DNA of 48,359 nucleotides, from positions 1 through 48,359 of the forward strand of contig JBFMEZ010000026.1 in the NCBI GenBank assembly GCA_040753215.1, written 5' to 3'. Each line of letters begins with the position of its first letter. Position 1 is the first letter of the stretch. This stretch comes from Candidatus Micrarchaeota archaeon. Its GTDB lineage: Archaea; Micrarchaeota; Micrarchaeia; Anstonellales; Bilamarchaeaceae. Shown one piece after another: positions 47,468 to 48,359 of the stretch. The notes below the pieces were generated by a model. It did not search any database and had not been told where the DNA came from. It saw only the letters and a list, made by a program, of their open reading frames with translations. The position numbers were made by a program, and so were the translations under genes.

Positions 47468-47917
47468 ATGCGCACAATCCAGACAGCAATGATGCTTGCA
47501 CTCTGCCTCGCCCTTTTCCCGGGCGCGTCCTGGGCTCGCGGAACAACCGTTGGAGTAGGCGAGACCGTCCCGCTAGGCGGCACAACCACCACTACCACCA
47601 CGACCAACACTACCACCACGACCGCGCAGGACGAAGGCTCTTCCGAACCCACCCCGCAGGTGGTGATAACCCCAGCGGACGGCAGCACGCCTTCCTCCGC
47701 AGAAGGCTCCTCCTGGGAGAATTCCGAAATACCCGGCGTGGGCGGAGCAGACGGCACGCAGCAGACAGTTTCCGGTTCCCAGCCTCCGGTTCCCGGCACA
47801 GGAAATGAGCCGCCGCAGCCCGATGGCAATGGCGAGGACAGGGCCGGAACCTCCTGCCTGCCCGCGTTCATTCTCGCAGGGATGGCACTCGCACTTTTCG
47901 TTTTCCGTAATTATTAG
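47468..47917 (+). CDS. Secreted Thr/Ser/Pro-rich low-complexity surface protein with C-terminal membrane anchor
   Basis: Signal peptide, poly-Thr tract, C-terminal SCLPAFILAGMALALFVFR. Confidence 0.75.
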   Translation: MRTIQTAMMLALCLALFPGASWARGTTVGVGETVPLGGTTTTTTTTNTTTTTAQDEGSSEPTPQVVITPADGSTPSSAEGSSWENSEIPGVGGADGTQQTVSGSQPPVPGTGNEPPQPDGNGEDRAGTSCLPAFILAGMALALFVFRNY

Positions 47918-47927
47918 AAAAATCCAG

Positions 47928-47952
47928 AGCCCCGGACGAGGATTGAATTCGC
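47928..47952 (-). pseudogene. Probable displaced tRNA 3' fragment (att-like; T-arm plus acceptor strand, U73, Thr/Cys-like)
   Basis: Reverse complement GCGAA-TTCAATC-CTCGT-CCGGGGC-T; abuts E5 where displaced gene ends abut E1-E4. Confidence 0.45.
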
Positions 47953-48048
47953 TCCAAGAGGAAGAGGGGGAGCGCCCCCTCCTCTCTCTAGGGTACTCAT
48001 ACCTCCCCCCAACTTCACTTAGCAACGCTTTGCCCGCACTCCTTACGC
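47952..48048 (-). mobile_element. Hairpin element E5
   Basis: CTCCAAGAGGAAGAGGGGG-AGCG-CCCCCTCC..TAGGGTACTCATA (like E4) and ..CACTTAGCAACGCTTTGCCCGCACTCCTTACGC (like E1). Confidence 0.6.
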
Positions 48049-48234
48049 CTTGGATTTTTGATTAGAAATAATTTTTTTCGGATATGTGCAAATTACTCTG
48101 TCCGGTGCCGTTATCCCGTTGAAATACCTGCAGATAGAAGTATTCTTCACAGCACACTTATGCCCATTGCTATTTTCCGCAACATTCCATGGGCATTTGT
48201 CCTGTTTCCAAGAGATGTTCCTAGGATTAGTTAC
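48043..48234 (-). pseudogene. Small four-Cys protein lacking a start codon (5' end probably interrupted)
   Basis: ..ISWKQDKCPWNVAENSNGHKCAVKNTSICRYFNGITAPDRVICTYPKK..*; no in-frame ATG before the upstream stop; AT-rich. Confidence 0.45.
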
Positions 48235-48359
48235 TGAACCTCCACGGCTCGGTCACACCTTGTAGTCGCCTGCGTGGCGGCGATAGGTCTGCCTAGCCAT
48301 TGGGTGCGGCTACAAGGTGTGAGGAAGCCTCGGCATTTATGCCGGGGAGGAGAGCCGAG
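48235..48359. mobile_element. Structured IS200/IS605-like non-autonomous element or omega-RNA-like remnant (runs off window)
   Basis: GCCGTGGAGGTTCA end on the minus strand; long stem CACACCTTGTAGTCGC/GCGGCTACAAGGTGTG; GAAGCCTCGGCATTTATGCCGGGGAGG hairpin. Confidence 0.5.

Overview
Archaeal chromosomal segment, GC-rich and most consistent with a DPANN lineage such as Ca. Micrarchaeota (inferred from gatDE, top6AB, Spt5/SecE, EF-1beta, Bud32, an archaeal SRP RNA, tRNA-Arg(GCG) and a minimal [FeFe]-hydrogenase). Most of it is housekeeping: ftsZ-secE-spt5, glyA-folD, rpl11, gatE/gatD, RPA-cdc48, rpiA, top6B-top6A (top6A carries a LAGLIDADG intein). Accessory genes include a Fic protein, a truncated AsnRS-like enzyme with an Lrp regulator, a multi-pass membrane double-AAA ATPase, a 1591-aa membrane protein and a lipoprotein with glycoside-hydrolase-like and lytic-transglycosylase-like domains. 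The most striking non-coding signal is a family of five short, co-oriented hairpin elements (about 197, 12088, 15537, 39419, 47952). Four of them sit between two copies of a host gene terminus (GNAT promoter/5' end; rpl11, gatD and top6A 3' ends). The gatD and top6A copies differ almost only at synonymous positions, and the rpl11 copies differ only at the last codon and stop. The fifth abuts a probable tRNA 3' fragment. This looks like an integrative element family that targets many unrelated genes and repairs them. Also present: a transposase tail, an IS5-like MITE in two copies, IS200/IS605-like ends, a ~55-bp hairpin family and dispersed heptamer repeats. No CRISPR array or rRNA was seen. 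All calls come from reading the sequence; no searches were run.
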